A stretch of DNA of 64,000 nucleotides from contig CAVOYH010000002.1 of the NCBI GenBank assembly GCA_963700635.1, positions 64,001 to 128,000 of the forward strand, written 5' to 3'. Below, in pieces: positions 1 to 9,601 of the stretch. Each line of letters starts with the position of its first letter. Within the stretch, counting starts at the first letter, position 1. Made by a program: the position numbers and the translations under genes. This stretch comes from an uncultured Bacteroidota bacterium (lineage in GTDB: Bacteria > Bacteroidota > Ignavibacteria > UBA10030 > UBA6906). The notes below the pieces were generated by a model. The model was not told the origin of the DNA, made no database searches, and saw only the letters and a list, made by a program, of their open reading frames with translations.

Positions 1-1432
1 CGCGTATCGGTCAGATGGTCCGGGCATGCGGGATCCAGCCGCGGCGGTGGGTAATGCACGCCGGCCGGCCGGAGGCTACGGAGGAAACAGATATGGAGGT
101 GGCGTCCGTGTGGGGTATGGCTCGTTTTACACCCCTGCCCTGGACCTCTGGCTGTCCTATGGGGCGCAGCAAACAGATCTCCTCCTCAGTACGGGCTACA
201 GCTCCACGAGGGGCCATGTGGCACATGCTCAGTCTCAAAAAGCGTCCAACACAATCTCAGGAGGTTTTGGCGTACTCGGGACAAGGGTCCGCGCCACTCT
301 CGGGCTCTCCGGCGATGGTTACCGCTTGTACGGCTCCGATTGGCCGACGCGCTGGCGCACGGTGAATGGGGTTCAGGGTGACGTTGAGGTCGGGTCGATT
401 CGAATCGGCAATGGCGGCATCTATTCCGGGATGCACTTCCGATCGACGGTGCTTGAAGATTCCCTCAGGTCGACCGAGTACCAGCTGGGTTTCGACCTCA
501 ACTTCCAGACCACAGCGGGTCCGGTGCGTATTATGGCGGATGCGGAATTGTTGGCGAGTGTGTATTCAAACGGGATGGATATGCTGAATCCACACCTGCA
601 CACGCTGGCTCTGCGGGCGCGTTATACGGTACTGCCGGCGTTTGATGTGGAAGCAGGCATCCGGGCCGGGGTGCGGCGGGGGACAGACGTTTCGGCCGTT
701 GGATGGGTGGATCCCCTCCTGGCGTTCTACTGGAGAGGGTGGTCGGGCATTACAGCGTATATGCGCTTTGAACCCTATGCTGAGAAGGCATCGCTTATGT
801 CCCTGAGTGCGGAGAACCCCTATGTCACCGGGCGTCCTCACTTGCGGCCGAGGCATTACGCCACGAACCTGCTTACCGGAGTGGCATTCAGACCGGGATC
901 CAACATCCGGTGTTCTGCAGAGCTGTTTTATCTCCGGGGCCACGATGTGCCGGTATTTGTAGATCAAGATACCACGGGAATCTGGACTCCGGTCTATGGT
1001 GGTGTTGTACGGTCAGCGGGCCTGAGGGGTTCCATTGCCGCGGACCTTTCGCCGGATGATATCGTCCACGCGACGTTGACCATCAGGAACGCCCGCTGGT
1101 CCGGGATAGACACCGCGGACCCGAGGTTGTCCGGAGACGCGGTCCCGAACATGCCCGGTCTCGAAATTGATGCATTTAGCATCCATAGGTTTCCATTCGG
1201 GCTCACTCTTGCCCCCTCCATGCGGCTTGCAGGGAGCAGACCGGTAGATCCCGCCAACTCCCGATCTCTGACATCGTATCTTGACATCGGGTTCCGCGCA
1301 GAGTACATTGTACTGCCATCGTTCACTGTTGCACTGACTTTTGAAAATCTGTTCGGAACCAAACGGACCTTCTGGGATGGTTATCCCGGAGTCCCGGCGA
1401 CGGCAGCATTATCTGGATCATATTCCTGGTAG
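1..1432 (+). CDS. Outer-membrane beta-barrel protein (TonB-dependent-receptor-like C-terminal barrel), 5'-partial
   Basis: Frame is open from position 2, upstream of the ATG at 26. Alternating beta-strand pattern, 'ENLFG' near the end and terminal aromatic residue (…LSGSYSW). First gene of an ExbBD-TonB operon. Confidence 0.65.
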   Translation, partial: AYRSDGPGMRDPAAAVGNARRPAGGYGGNRYGGGVRVGYGSFYTPALDLWLSYGAQQTDLLLSTGYSSTRGHVAHAQSQKASNTISGGFGVLGTRVRATLGLSGDGYRLYGSDWPTRWRTVNGVQGDVEVGSIRIGNGGIYSGMHFRSTVLEDSLRSTEYQLGFDLNFQTTAGPVRIMADAELLASVYSNGMDMLNPHLHTLALRARYTVLPAFDVEAGIRAGVRRGTDVSAVGWVDPLLAFYWRGWSGITAYMRFEPYAEKASLMSLSAENPYVTGRPHLRPRHYATNLLTGVAFRPGSNIRCSAELFYLRGHDVPVFVDQDTTGIWTPVYGGVVRSAGLRGSIAADLSPDDIVHATLTIRNARWSGIDTADPRLSGDAVPNMPGLEIDAFSIHRFPFGLTLAPSMRLAGSRPVDPANSRSLTSYLDIGFRAEYIVLPSFTVALTFENLFGTKRTFWDGYPGVPATAALSGSYSW

Positions 1433-1474
1433 AAATTAACCGCGTTCACCTGAACCACAAAGGAGGGATTCACG

Positions 1475-2137
1475 ATGCCACGATTCAATCTTAAGGATGA
1501 CGAGACGAATCTAGAGCCCGGAATGCCGGGACCAGGCAAGGGTCAGACCCCACCGTCACTTCGGGAAGTTGGCGGCGGCGGCGGCGGGCGCATTTCGCCG
1601 ATTTTTCTGGTCCTTCTGATACTTGTCGTGCTTGCAGCGGGTGTGTTTGGCCTGAACTACTTCAAGGTGATCAACCTGTGGGGAAAGAAGGCTCCCGTTG
1701 TTGCAGAGACATTCTCTGAACCGGATCTGCCGCCGCTTGAGGAGGGTGGAGCCGAAGCTGGCGGGACGATTCCGGGCGAAGAGACCCTCCCGTTGCCGTC
1801 CGCGACACCAACCAGTCCTACAACGGTAAGCCCGGGCGCGGGCAGTACGTCCGGATCCACCACGCGGCGCGACCTGAGCATTATGCCGACGGGGACCGGG
1901 AAGTACACCATTCAGTTCTCCGCATGGCTCAGCAGGGCGAAAGCGGAAGATCAGGCCACGCGCCTCTCGGCCGGCGGATACGATGCATTTGTTGATGAAG
2001 CAAAGGCGGGCGGAGAAACATGGTACCGCGTCCGGGTCGGCCGGTATGATTCGCGCAGCCAGGCACGTGATGTGGTTGCACGGTTGCAGGTCATGACCGA
2101 AGATGACGTCTGGCTGGCTCCCCAGCGGGCGAGGTAA
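1475..2137 (+). CDS. SPOR-domain membrane protein
   Basis: Single TM helix (IFLVLLILVVLAAGVFGL), Pro/Thr-rich linker, C-terminal SPOR motifs (YTIQFSAW…WYRVRVGRY). RBS GGAGG upstream. Confidence 0.9.
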   Translation: MPRFNLKDDETNLEPGMPGPGKGQTPPSLREVGGGGGGRISPIFLVLLILVVLAAGVFGLNYFKVINLWGKKAPVVAETFSEPDLPPLEEGGAEAGGTIPGEETLPLPSATPTSPTTVSPGAGSTSGSTTRRDLSIMPTGTGKYTIQFSAWLSRAKAEDQATRLSAGGYDAFVDEAKAGGETWYRVRVGRYDSRSQARDVVARLQVMTEDDVWLAPQRAR

Positions 2138-2152
2138 TTTTCAGGAGAATCG

Positions 2153-2860
2153 ATGAATCTAATGGATATGTTGATGAGGGGGGGCGTGCTGATGTGGCCC
2201 ATCCTCCTCTGCTCTGTGATTGCTGCATTTGTTGTCATTGAACGGTTGCTTGTTCTCCGGCGCGCCCGGATGGATGCCGGCCAGTTTATGCTAAAACTAA
2301 AAAGTATCTACCGGCATGGCGATACCACAGGCGTCCTCTCCTATTGCAGCCAGAAAGACGCTCCGATAGCCAATATCGTCAGACGGGGCGTGCTGAAGCA
2401 CGGGCAAGGTGAGGTGAAGGTGCGTGAGGCCGTGGAAAATGCTGGCCGCGAGGAGGTGTTCCACCTTGAACGACGGCTTCCTATTCTTGCGAGCATCGGC
2501 GGCGTTGCGCCGATGCTCGGGTTCCTGGGGACAGTGACCGGGATGATCGCCGCATTCCAGGTGATCGAACAGCAGAGCGGTGTTGTGAACCCCGGGGCCC
2601 TTGCAGGCGGAATCTGGGAGGCATTGCTGACGACGGCCTTCGGCCTGACCGTGGGAATCCCTGCGCTGGTTGTGTACAACTATTTTGTCACTCGGATCCG
2701 GCGCCTGGTGAATGATATGGAAGTCACGTCGAATGAGTTTCTGGAGATGCTCGATCTGGAAACTCCGCTCCCGGCTCCCATTGATGACCCGATGCCGCCG
2801 GTCGTGACCCGCGCTGTTGCACCGCCAGAAGAAGAGTTCTTCCGCCGGAAAGGTTCATGA
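2153..2860 (+). CDS. exbB: MotA/TolQ/ExbB proton channel protein
   Basis: 'APMLGFLGTVTGMI' and 'GGIWEALLTTAFGL' motifs. Confidence 0.93.
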   Translation: MNLMDMLMRGGVLMWPILLCSVIAAFVVIERLLVLRRARMDAGQFMLKLKSIYRHGDTTGVLSYCSQKDAPIANIVRRGVLKHGQGEVKVREAVENAGREEVFHLERRLPILASIGGVAPMLGFLGTVTGMIAAFQVIEQQSGVVNPGALAGGIWEALLTTAFGLTVGIPALVVYNYFVTRIRRLVNDMEVTSNEFLEMLDLETPLPAPIDDPMPPVVTRAVAPPEEEFFRRKGS

Positions 2861-3267
2861 AACTCGACCCGGAACAGCAATTGCTGGCGACCTTCAGCTA
2901 CACCTCACTGACAGACGTTGTGATGTTATTGTTGATCTTCTTCCTCCTTTCCTCATCCTTTATCGCCGAACCCTCGATCAGCGTTCAGCTCCCGAAAGCC
3001 GAGTCCGCGGACCCAAGGACGGAACAGACGATAACGCTCACAATGACGGATAAGGGAGCGGTGTACCTGAACGGTGCCCCGGTGCGGCTGGAGCAACTCG
3101 GGAAGAGCCTGGAAAGTCTGTTCAGGGAATTTCCCGATCGCACGATTCAGATCCGGGCCGACAAGGATGTGCGGTTGCAGGAGACTGTCCGTGTGATTGA
3201 TATTGCCAAAGCAGCCGGCGCTTCACGGTTTCTTATCGCCACGGAACCGGCAGGGACAGCCCGGTGA
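2857..3267 (+). CDS. exbD: Biopolymer transporter ExbD/TolR
   Basis: 'SLTDVVMLLLIFFLL' TM segment with conserved Asp, and 'IRADK'. ATGA overlap with exbB. Confidence 0.92.
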   Translation: MKLDPEQQLLATFSYTSLTDVVMLLLIFFLLSSSFIAEPSISVQLPKAESADPRTEQTITLTMTDKGAVYLNGAPVRLEQLGKSLESLFREFPDRTIQIRADKDVRLQETVRVIDIAKAAGASRFLIATEPAGTAR

Positions 3268-4058
3268 CGATCACGTTGCGTGAACGGGATCAGGTATACG
3301 GCTGGACCGGCGCAATCCTGATTCACCTGTTTGCTGCCGGTATTCTCTTACTCTGGCATATCGATGCGCCAAGGGTCCGAGTGGATACTGTAGAAATCGA
3401 TTTTGTCACTGCGTCCCCACCCCCTGTACCGGTTGTTACGCCTCCCGCACGTTCAAAACCAGCTCCGGCGGCAAAAGCCCGGACGGGCACAGCGCCCCCG
3501 TCGGAACGGACGCGGCGTGTGAAGTTGCCGGAGCGGTCCTCGGTTTCCCGCGACGATGTACTTGCCGTGCCTCCCGCAAAGAAACTTGATGTTGCAGAAG
3601 GTTCCGGGGGATCACGCCGCACGGGAACGGCAGGCTCCAAGGGGAGAGGGGAACGAGCAGGAAGCACAGCCGGGGCGCGAGTCGGCCGACTGCCGGCGGG
3701 TGGAAAGTCCGGTGCAGGCACCTCAACGGGACGGGATGTGCCGGGTATCGCTGATCGTCGCGCGGGATCGTCCGCCCTGGGATCAGTCCAGTGGATCGGG
3801 GGTGGGAAGCGCCGGAAAGTAAGCGGTAATCTGCCGCGGTATCCATCCGGAACCAATGTTCAGGCGCAGATCAGAGTGGAAGCAGTGGTGACCCCGAAAG
3901 GTACGGTGAAGTCGGTGCGGCCTACACAGAAAGCGAACGCGCGTCTTGAAGAGGCTGCAATGCGGGAACTCCGTCAGTGGCGGTTCGAACCGCTCGCGCG
4001 CACTCTCCCCCAGAAGGATCAACGGTGTATTGTCACGTTCAACTTCACCCTGCGGTAG
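3264..4058 (+). CDS. tonB: Energy transducer TonB
   Basis: N-terminal TM segment with His, Pro/Gly/Lys-rich spacer, TonB_C domain (PRYP…QWRFEP…VTFNFTL). GTGA overlap with exbD. Confidence 0.85.
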   Translation: MTITLRERDQVYGWTGAILIHLFAAGILLLWHIDAPRVRVDTVEIDFVTASPPPVPVVTPPARSKPAPAAKARTGTAPPSERTRRVKLPERSSVSRDDVLAVPPAKKLDVAEGSGGSRRTGTAGSKGRGERAGSTAGARVGRLPAGGKSGAGTSTGRDVPGIADRRAGSSALGSVQWIGGGKRRKVSGNLPRYPSGTNVQAQIRVEAVVTPKGTVKSVRPTQKANARLEEAAMRELRQWRFEPLARTLPQKDQRCIVTFNFTLR

Positions 4059-4359
4059 GTTCCGCGTCGTCCTCTCCCCTCGGCGGAGAATCCTCCCTGA
4101 AGTAGAAGAAGTAAAACACTGATTCTGCCGCGGTCAGAAGTGCGAGTGACGCAGCGTCAGCGTCAAACCATCGACCAAATCCTTCCGGCGGTAACACCAG
4201 CCTCAGCAAGAACGATGACATGCTCCATCCCACGAAGAAGATCAGCGCCATGAACACGACGCCGAGAACCCCTTCACTGACTCCTTCCTCCTGCCACCGT
4301 TTTGTAAAGACGAGGGCGAAGGCTACAACATGCAGATAGAACACAATGAGTGGGATCAT
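4045..4359 (-). CDS. Small hypothetical membrane protein (3 TM)
   Basis: Three hydrophobic segments. Follows the WcaJ-like gene by 2 bp in the same orientation. Confidence 0.75.
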   Translation of the reverse strand: MIPLIVFYLHVVAFALVFTKRWQEEGVSEGVLGVVFMALIFFVGWSMSSFLLRLVLPPEGFGRWFDADAASLALLTAAESVFYFFYFREDSPPRGEDDAEPTAG

Positions 4360-4361
4360 GA

Positions 4362-5786
4362 TCAGTCCTGCTCTTTGAACGTCACTGCCGCACGGAGAGT
4401 CCGGAGGAGAATGCGGATGTCAAAAGCCAGCGACCAGTTTTCGATGTAATAGAGGTCGTACTTAATGCGGTCTTCGATGGACGTGTCGCCGCGCAGCCCG
4501 TTCACCTGGGCCCAACCCGTAACCCCGGTTTTTACGCGGTGCCGGTCAAGATACTTCGGAATACTCTCCCCGAATTCCCGGACGACATGTGTTCGTTCAG
4601 GGCGGGGGCCCACCAGACTCATATCTCCCCGCAGCACGTTCCACAACTGGGGGAGTTCATCAAGGCTGAATCGCCGGAGAAATCTCCCGAGTCTGGTCCG
4701 GCGGGGATCGTTCTTTATACCGAGCCCCGCTTCACCGTCCTGCTGCTCCGCGCCTTCGACCATAGATCGGAATTTCAGCATCGTGAATTCACCTCCGTCG
4801 AGTCCGACTCTCCGCTGACGAAACAGGACCGGTCCGGAAGAATCCATGCGGATGGCTATGGCTACGGCTGCAAGCAGAGGCGAGAGGATGAGCAGAATCG
4901 CCCCCGCCACAATGGCGTCGAAGGTCCGCTTTGTCGCGCGCCCGAATGTTCCGAGTGGGATAGTCTTCACACGCAGAAAGGGAATCCCTTCGAGATCACG
5001 CACACGCACCTGGCTGGTCAGGACTTCCAGGAGGTCGGGGACGAGCATAAATTCGATGTTGATTCCTTCACACTCGCTGACAAGATTAAAGAGTTGCGGA
5101 TGATCCCGGGAGGTCAGAGCGATAAAGCCCAGTTCTATATTGTGCTCCTGTATATAGGCCGGCGCACCATCAACGGGTCCGAGGTACGAGCCTCCGGTGA
5201 GGGGGGATTCCGCGGGTGCGGCTGCGTCGGCGAAATATCCGACAATCCGGAACCCGAACGAGCCGTGGAGGTGGAGCCGGGTATACACCTGTTCCGCGAG
5301 CGGCCCGTTCCCGATGATAATTGCCGGTTGGAGGTGCCACCCTTTCCGGTACAAACGGCGTTCGATACTCTGCACCAGAATCCTGCCGGCCGTGATCCCG
5401 ATGATCGAGAATATCCACAAAAGCCCAAAAACAACGCGGGAATACGAGAAGTCGCGGTAAAAGAATGCAGCGCTCATGACAACGAGCATTCCGAGACTGA
5501 CAACTTTGACGATGCTGACAAGTTCGTCGGAGAGGTTGACATTTCGGCGGGAACTGTACATTCGGCGCGAATGAAACAGAATCAGCCAGGCAAGGATGAC
5601 GAACGCCGATCCGAGAAGGTAGCCATGAAGGGGCGGGGCGTCCTCACGGATAAAGCCGAGGGCGTCGAACACCGAACTCTGAAAGCGCAGCCAGTAGGAG
5701 AGGATAAATGCAAACTCAATGGCCAGCGCGTCACAGATGACTGTGAGCAGGGGGAGCCAGAAGTCTGCGCGCCGGGCGCTGTTCAT
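4362..5786 (-). CDS. wcaJ: Undecaprenyl-phosphate glucose phosphotransferase (WcaJ/PssA family)
   Basis: 4 N-terminal TMs, CoA-binding-like domain, Bac_transf motifs KFRSM, DELPQL, SLVGPRPE, GVTGWAQV, DLYYIENW. Confidence 0.9.
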   Translation of the reverse strand: MNSARRADFWLPLLTVICDALAIEFAFILSYWLRFQSSVFDALGFIREDAPPLHGYLLGSAFVILAWLILFHSRRMYSSRRNVNLSDELVSIVKVVSLGMLVVMSAAFFYRDFSYSRVVFGLLWIFSIIGITAGRILVQSIERRLYRKGWHLQPAIIIGNGPLAEQVYTRLHLHGSFGFRIVGYFADAAAPAESPLTGGSYLGPVDGAPAYIQEHNIELGFIALTSRDHPQLFNLVSECEGINIEFMLVPDLLEVLTSQVRVRDLEGIPFLRVKTIPLGTFGRATKRTFDAIVAGAILLILSPLLAAVAIAIRMDSSGPVLFRQRRVGLDGGEFTMLKFRSMVEGAEQQDGEAGLGIKNDPRRTRLGRFLRRFSLDELPQLWNVLRGDMSLVGPRPERTHVVREFGESIPKYLDRHRVKTGVTGWAQVNGLRGDTSIEDRIKYDLYYIENWSLAFDIRILLRTLRAAVTFKEQD

Positions 5787-5789
5787 GGT

Positions 5790-6395
5790 CTATCCATACA
5801 TCTCACGTTCAACAAGCGCGCAGAGGATATGACCGACGGTGATATGGCCTTCCTGAATGCGCTGTGTGTCGTCGGAAGGGATCACGATCGCCACATCCAC
5901 AAGGTCGCGTGCCGGGCCGCCGTCTTTCCCCAGCAATCCGATGGTTGCCATTTCCAGCGCCCGCGCCTTGCGCAGTGCCATATTAACACTTTCCGACTTT
6001 CCGGTGGTGCTGATCGCGATGAGGACGTCACCTTTGCGCCCGAGCGCTTCCACCTCACGGGCAAAGACGTTATCGTATCCGATATCATTCGCCCCTGCGG
6101 TCAGCATGGATGAGTCCGTGGTCAGGGCGATTGCAGGGATTGCGGGACGTTTGATGGCGGGGTTCATGCGGATGACCAGCTCGGTTGCGAGGTGCTGTGC
6201 ATCCGCCGCACTCCCGCCGTTTCCGCACAACAGAATTTTCCCCTGCTGGTTGAGCGTGCGGATAAGCGTATCCACCGCCTTGATGATGCTATCGTTACAC
6301 TGTGCGGCGATTTTCTGTTTTGTCTCCGCGCTGGCTTTTAGCTCATCCTGAATAAAGGCCTGGCGGGCGAGAATGGTGAGGGGGAGATGGGCCAT
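5790..6395 (-). CDS. gmhA: D-sedoheptulose-7-phosphate isomerase
   Basis: 'CGNGGSAADAQH', 'ANDIGY', 'ISTTG', 'RIQEGH' motifs. Confidence 0.93.
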   Translation of the reverse strand: MAHLPLTILARQAFIQDELKASAETKQKIAAQCNDSIIKAVDTLIRTLNQQGKILLCGNGGSAADAQHLATELVIRMNPAIKRPAIPAIALTTDSSMLTAGANDIGYDNVFAREVEALGRKGDVLIAISTTGKSESVNMALRKARALEMATIGLLGKDGGPARDLVDVAIVIPSDDTQRIQEGHITVGHILCALVEREMYG

Positions 6396-6437
6396 GGTGA
6401 TGATCTGTCTTTCCGGTTCGTCGTCTGGATTGATGCT

Positions 6438-9182
6438 CTACTGTTTCAGCCGTTGTATGATCCCGGGGAGAGCCAGGAGCGCCTCGTCGAGTCGAGAAGG
6501 GTCTTTGCCTCCCGCGGTAGCCAGATGGGGGCGGCCCCCTCCTCCTCCGCCAACAAGCTTAGCGGCTTCACCGACGATCTTTCCGGCCTGCAGTGATGTG
6601 GACCGTAGAAGGTCATCCGTCACCACGCAGAGAAGTGTGGCCTTGCTGTCAATCACGGCGCCGAGCAGCCCCACCCCGGATCCCAGGCGGGTGCGGAGCG
6701 AATCCCCGATCCGCTTGAGGTCGTCAATATCCGGAACTTCGATCCGGGAAGTCACCACACGAATCCCTTCAATGGTCTGCGCTGCCGCCACGAGGGCATC
6801 GAGCGAGGAAGCCGCATCGGCGACATGTGCCTTGCTGACCTCCTTTTTTAGCTCCATCGTTGAGGAAGTCAGCTGATCAATTGTACGATGGCGTGATTCC
6901 AAACCGGATTCGACCTCGTCAATCGCCGTCTGTGTCAACTCCGCGGCGGGTACAGTAAGAGTAGCGGAAGATGGACGCTTCAGGCGGGGAGCCGTTTCTC
7001 CGTGTTGTTGAATCTGGCGCTCAAGCTCGGACTGTTCTTCGATAAGGCGCGCGATGCGCTCATCAAGTTCCGTGGCCTTGCGCACCTGCTCGTCGAGGTA
7101 CTGTCGGAGCCCCTCACCTGTTACCGCTTCGATGCGTCGGACGCCACTGGCTATTCCGGTCTCGGAGATAATCTTGAACAGGCCGATCTCACCGGTCGAG
7201 GCAACATGGGTGCCGCCGCAGAACTCGACGCTGAAGCTTTCGTCAATAAAGACGACGCGAACGGTGTCGCCGTATTTATCGCCAAAGAACATCTTCACGT
7301 TAGGTACTTTGCGGGCTTTCTCGACCGGGATATCCACATCCGTGTGTACGGTGATGTCTTCTGCGATCTTGGCGTTCACCATCTCCTCGATCGCGCGGAT
7401 TTCCGGCGGAGTGATCTTCCCGAAATGGGGGAAATCGAACCGCAGGCGGTCGGGTGCAACAAGCGAGCCCTGCTGGTGCACATGGGTGCCGAGTACGCGG
7501 CGGAGGGCTTCATGAACAAGATGCGTTGCGGAATGGTTACGCTGAATGTTGCGGCGGCGCGGGGCGTCAACACGGGCCCGCACGGTGCCCTCGCGGACCT
7601 GCCCCGGGGAGCCACGCAGGAATCGTACTTCGTGAACGATACGCTTGTCCAGCCGGATCGAATCCACAACTTCGGCAGCAAACTGTTCCCCTTCGATAAT
7701 ACCGACATCATCAACCTGCCCGCCGGATTCCACATAAAACGGGGTACGGTCGAGCCAGAGATACTTGCCTTCCACAATGCGGCCGAGATGTGCTTCTGTC
7801 TCGGTCATCCCGTAACCGACAAATTCCGAAGGAGGGAGGTCGCTGAGTTCTTTTACCAGTGTTGATGCCACCTCGATGACATCGATCTTTCCCGCGTCGC
7901 GCGCCCGGGAGCGTTGTTCTTCCATACGCTGCGTAAATTCACCGGTATCCACCTTCAGGCCGCGCTCCTCGGCCATCAATTGAGTCAGGTCGAGCGGAAA
8001 ACCGTATGTGTCGTACAGCTTGAACGCATCATCACCCGGGAAAACCGTCGAGTGTCCGATCCGTTCCAGAACGGATTCGAAAATCTCAATACCCCGGTCG
8101 AGGGTGGCATTAAAACTTTCCTCTTCGGACCTGATGGTACGTTTGATGTGTGTGCGCCTGTCGAGGAGTTCAGGGAACACATGGCCCATGGTATCGACGA
8201 CGGCATCTGCGATGGAATAGATGAAGGGTTCGCGCATGCCCAGATTGCGTCCGAACCGTGCTGCGCGGCGAAGAATACGGCGGAGCACATATCCACGTCC
8301 GTCATTACCCGGGATCGCGCCGTCGGCAATGGCGAAGCTGAGCATGCGGATATGGTCGGCGATTACCCGCATCGCCACCTGTTCTGCATCGGAACCGTAC
8401 GGACGGCCCGTTGCCTGACTGATGGCTGAAAGAATTGGCGTGAAGACGTCCGTGTCGTAATTTGACTGTTTCCCCTGGAGGACTGCGCAGATTCGTTCAA
8501 AGCCCATACCCGTATCAACGTGGGTCGCGGGCAGCTGCTCGAGAGTGCCTGACAGAGTCCGGTTGTTCTGGATGAACACCAGATTCCATATTTCCATGAC
8601 ACGCGGGTCGCCGGCATTAACCAGGTGTCCTCCGGAACGATCGGGGGTCAGGTCGATATGAATTTCGGAGCAGGGCCCGCACGGTCCCGTATCGCCCATC
8701 TCCCAGAAGTTGTCCTTTTTCCCGAAGGGGAGGATGTGGGAGGGGTCAATGTCCGTTTCGGACTTCCATAACGAAGCCGCCTCCGCATCGGTCTCGAACA
8801 CCGTCGCATACAAACGGGACTTGTCCAGTTTCCAGACGCCGGTAAGCAAATCCCAGGCCCAGGAGATAGCTTCCTTTTTGTAATAGTCTCCGAAGGACCA
8901 GTTACCCAGCATTTCAAAGAAGGTGTGATGATAGGTGTCACGGCCGACTTCTTCAAGGTCATTGTGCTTGCCGCTGACCCGGATACATTTTTGCGTGTCG
9001 GCGGCCCGCGCATAGTCACGGGTACCGGTTCCGAGGAAGACGTCTTTGAACTGGTTCATTCCGGCGTTGGTGAACAGTAACGTGGGATCACCATGGGGTA
9101 TGACGGGAGCACTGGGGACAATACGGTGGTTGTGCCGTGCAAAAAAATCAAAAAAACTCTGTCTGACCTCGTCCGCCTTCAT
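6438..9182 (-). CDS. alaS: Alanine--tRNA ligase
   Basis: '[15 protein letters not shown]', '[16 protein letters not shown]', 'DTGMGFER', editing motifs HSATH and CGGTH, C-Ala GGGGG. Start placed at the ATG overlapping the clpS stop (TAATG). Confidence 0.98.
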   Translation of the reverse strand: MKADEVRQSFFDFFARHNHRIVPSAPVIPHGDPTLLFTNAGMNQFKDVFLGTGTRDYARAADTQKCIRVSGKHNDLEEVGRDTYHHTFFEMLGNWSFGDYYKKEAISWAWDLLTGVWKLDKSRLYATVFETDAEAASLWKSETDIDPSHILPFGKKDNFWEMGDTGPCGPCSEIHIDLTPDRSGGHLVNAGDPRVMEIWNLVFIQNNRTLSGTLEQLPATHVDTGMGFERICAVLQGKQSNYDTDVFTPILSAISQATGRPYGSDAEQVAMRVIADHIRMLSFAIADGAIPGNDGRGYVLRRILRRAARFGRNLGMREPFIYSIADAVVDTMGHVFPELLDRRTHIKRTIRSEEESFNATLDRGIEIFESVLERIGHSTVFPGDDAFKLYDTYGFPLDLTQLMAEERGLKVDTGEFTQRMEEQRSRARDAGKIDVIEVASTLVKELSDLPPSEFVGYGMTETEAHLGRIVEGKYLWLDRTPFYVESGGQVDDVGIIEGEQFAAEVVDSIRLDKRIVHEVRFLRGSPGQVREGTVRARVDAPRRRNIQRNHSATHLVHEALRRVLGTHVHQQGSLVAPDRLRFDFPHFGKITPPEIRAIEEMVNAKIAEDITVHTDVDIPVEKARKVPNVKMFFGDKYGDTVRVVFIDESFSVEFCGGTHVASTGEIGLFKIISETGIASGVRRIEAVTGEGLRQYLDEQVRKATELDERIARLIEEQSELERQIQQHGETAPRLKRPSSATLTVPAAELTQTAIDEVESGLESRHRTIDQLTSSTMELKKEVSKAHVADAASSLDALVAAAQTIEGIRVVTSRIEVPDIDDLKRIGDSLRTRLGSGVGLLGAVIDSKATLLCVVTDDLLRSTSLQAGKIVGEAAKLVGGGGGGRPHLATAGGKDPSRLDEALLALPGIIQRLKQ

Positions 9183-9460
9183 TACACCTCTATCTGTGTC
9201 ATCAATTGGATCTCTTCCAGAATACTGCTTACCTGCACGCACCTGATCATCTCACCGTAAAACACGATGGCTTTTCCTTTTGTGTGGACTTCCCACGCAA
9301 GGCCTTCGGCCTTGTCCTTGGTGCAGAGGGTGGCCTTTATCAGTTGCGTAATGACCTCTTCGAACGTATGGACCTCGTCGTTGAACAGGATCACCTTTCC
9401 AGGTTCCTGTATCTGGACGTCTTCTTCAACGTGTTCAAGTTCGAGGGGATCTGTGGTCAT
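9182..9460 (-). CDS. clpS: ATP-dependent Clp protease adaptor ClpS
   Basis: '[15 protein letters not shown]', '[10 protein letters not shown]'. Confidence 0.9.
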   Translation of the reverse strand: MTTDPLELEHVEEDVQIQEPGKVILFNDEVHTFEEVITQLIKATLCTKDKAEGLAWEVHTKGKAIVFYGEMIRCVQVSSILEEIQLMTQIEV

Positions 9461-9485
9461 GGTCAAAAACTCAAAATGTCCTTAA

Positions 9486-9514
9486 ATAATAGCAAAAATT
9501 GGGGTGTATTGCAA
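9486..9514 (-). promoter_or_regulatory. Putative sigma70-type promoter of clpS-alaS-gmhA operon
   Basis: TTGCAA-N17-TATTAT on the minus strand. Confidence 0.55.
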
Positions 9515-9523
9515 TGCGGTGAC

Positions 9524-9552
9524 TTGCGTGAAGTTGTCGCTCTGTGTATATT
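9524..9552 (+). promoter_or_regulatory. Putative sigma70-type promoter of aconitase
   Basis: TTGCGT-N17-TATATT, about 50 nt upstream of ATG 9602, back-to-back with the clpS promoter. Confidence 0.5.
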
Positions 9553-9601
9553 ATCCCACGTATTTCTGAGAATTCCCGTCAACAAACCTAGGACATCGTG
9601 T

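Noticed and set aside
4539-6113. 524-aa plus-strand ORF
   Set aside because: Antisense shadow of wcaJ/gmhA with no motifs; expected in GC-rich coding DNA.
7002-7865. 287-aa ORF antisense to alaS
   Set aside because: Shadow ORF with no recognisable domain.
9206-9601. 132-aa N-terminal extension of aconitase in the ORF track
   Set aside because: Overlaps clpS on the opposite strand and both promoters; family similarity starts near ATG 9602.
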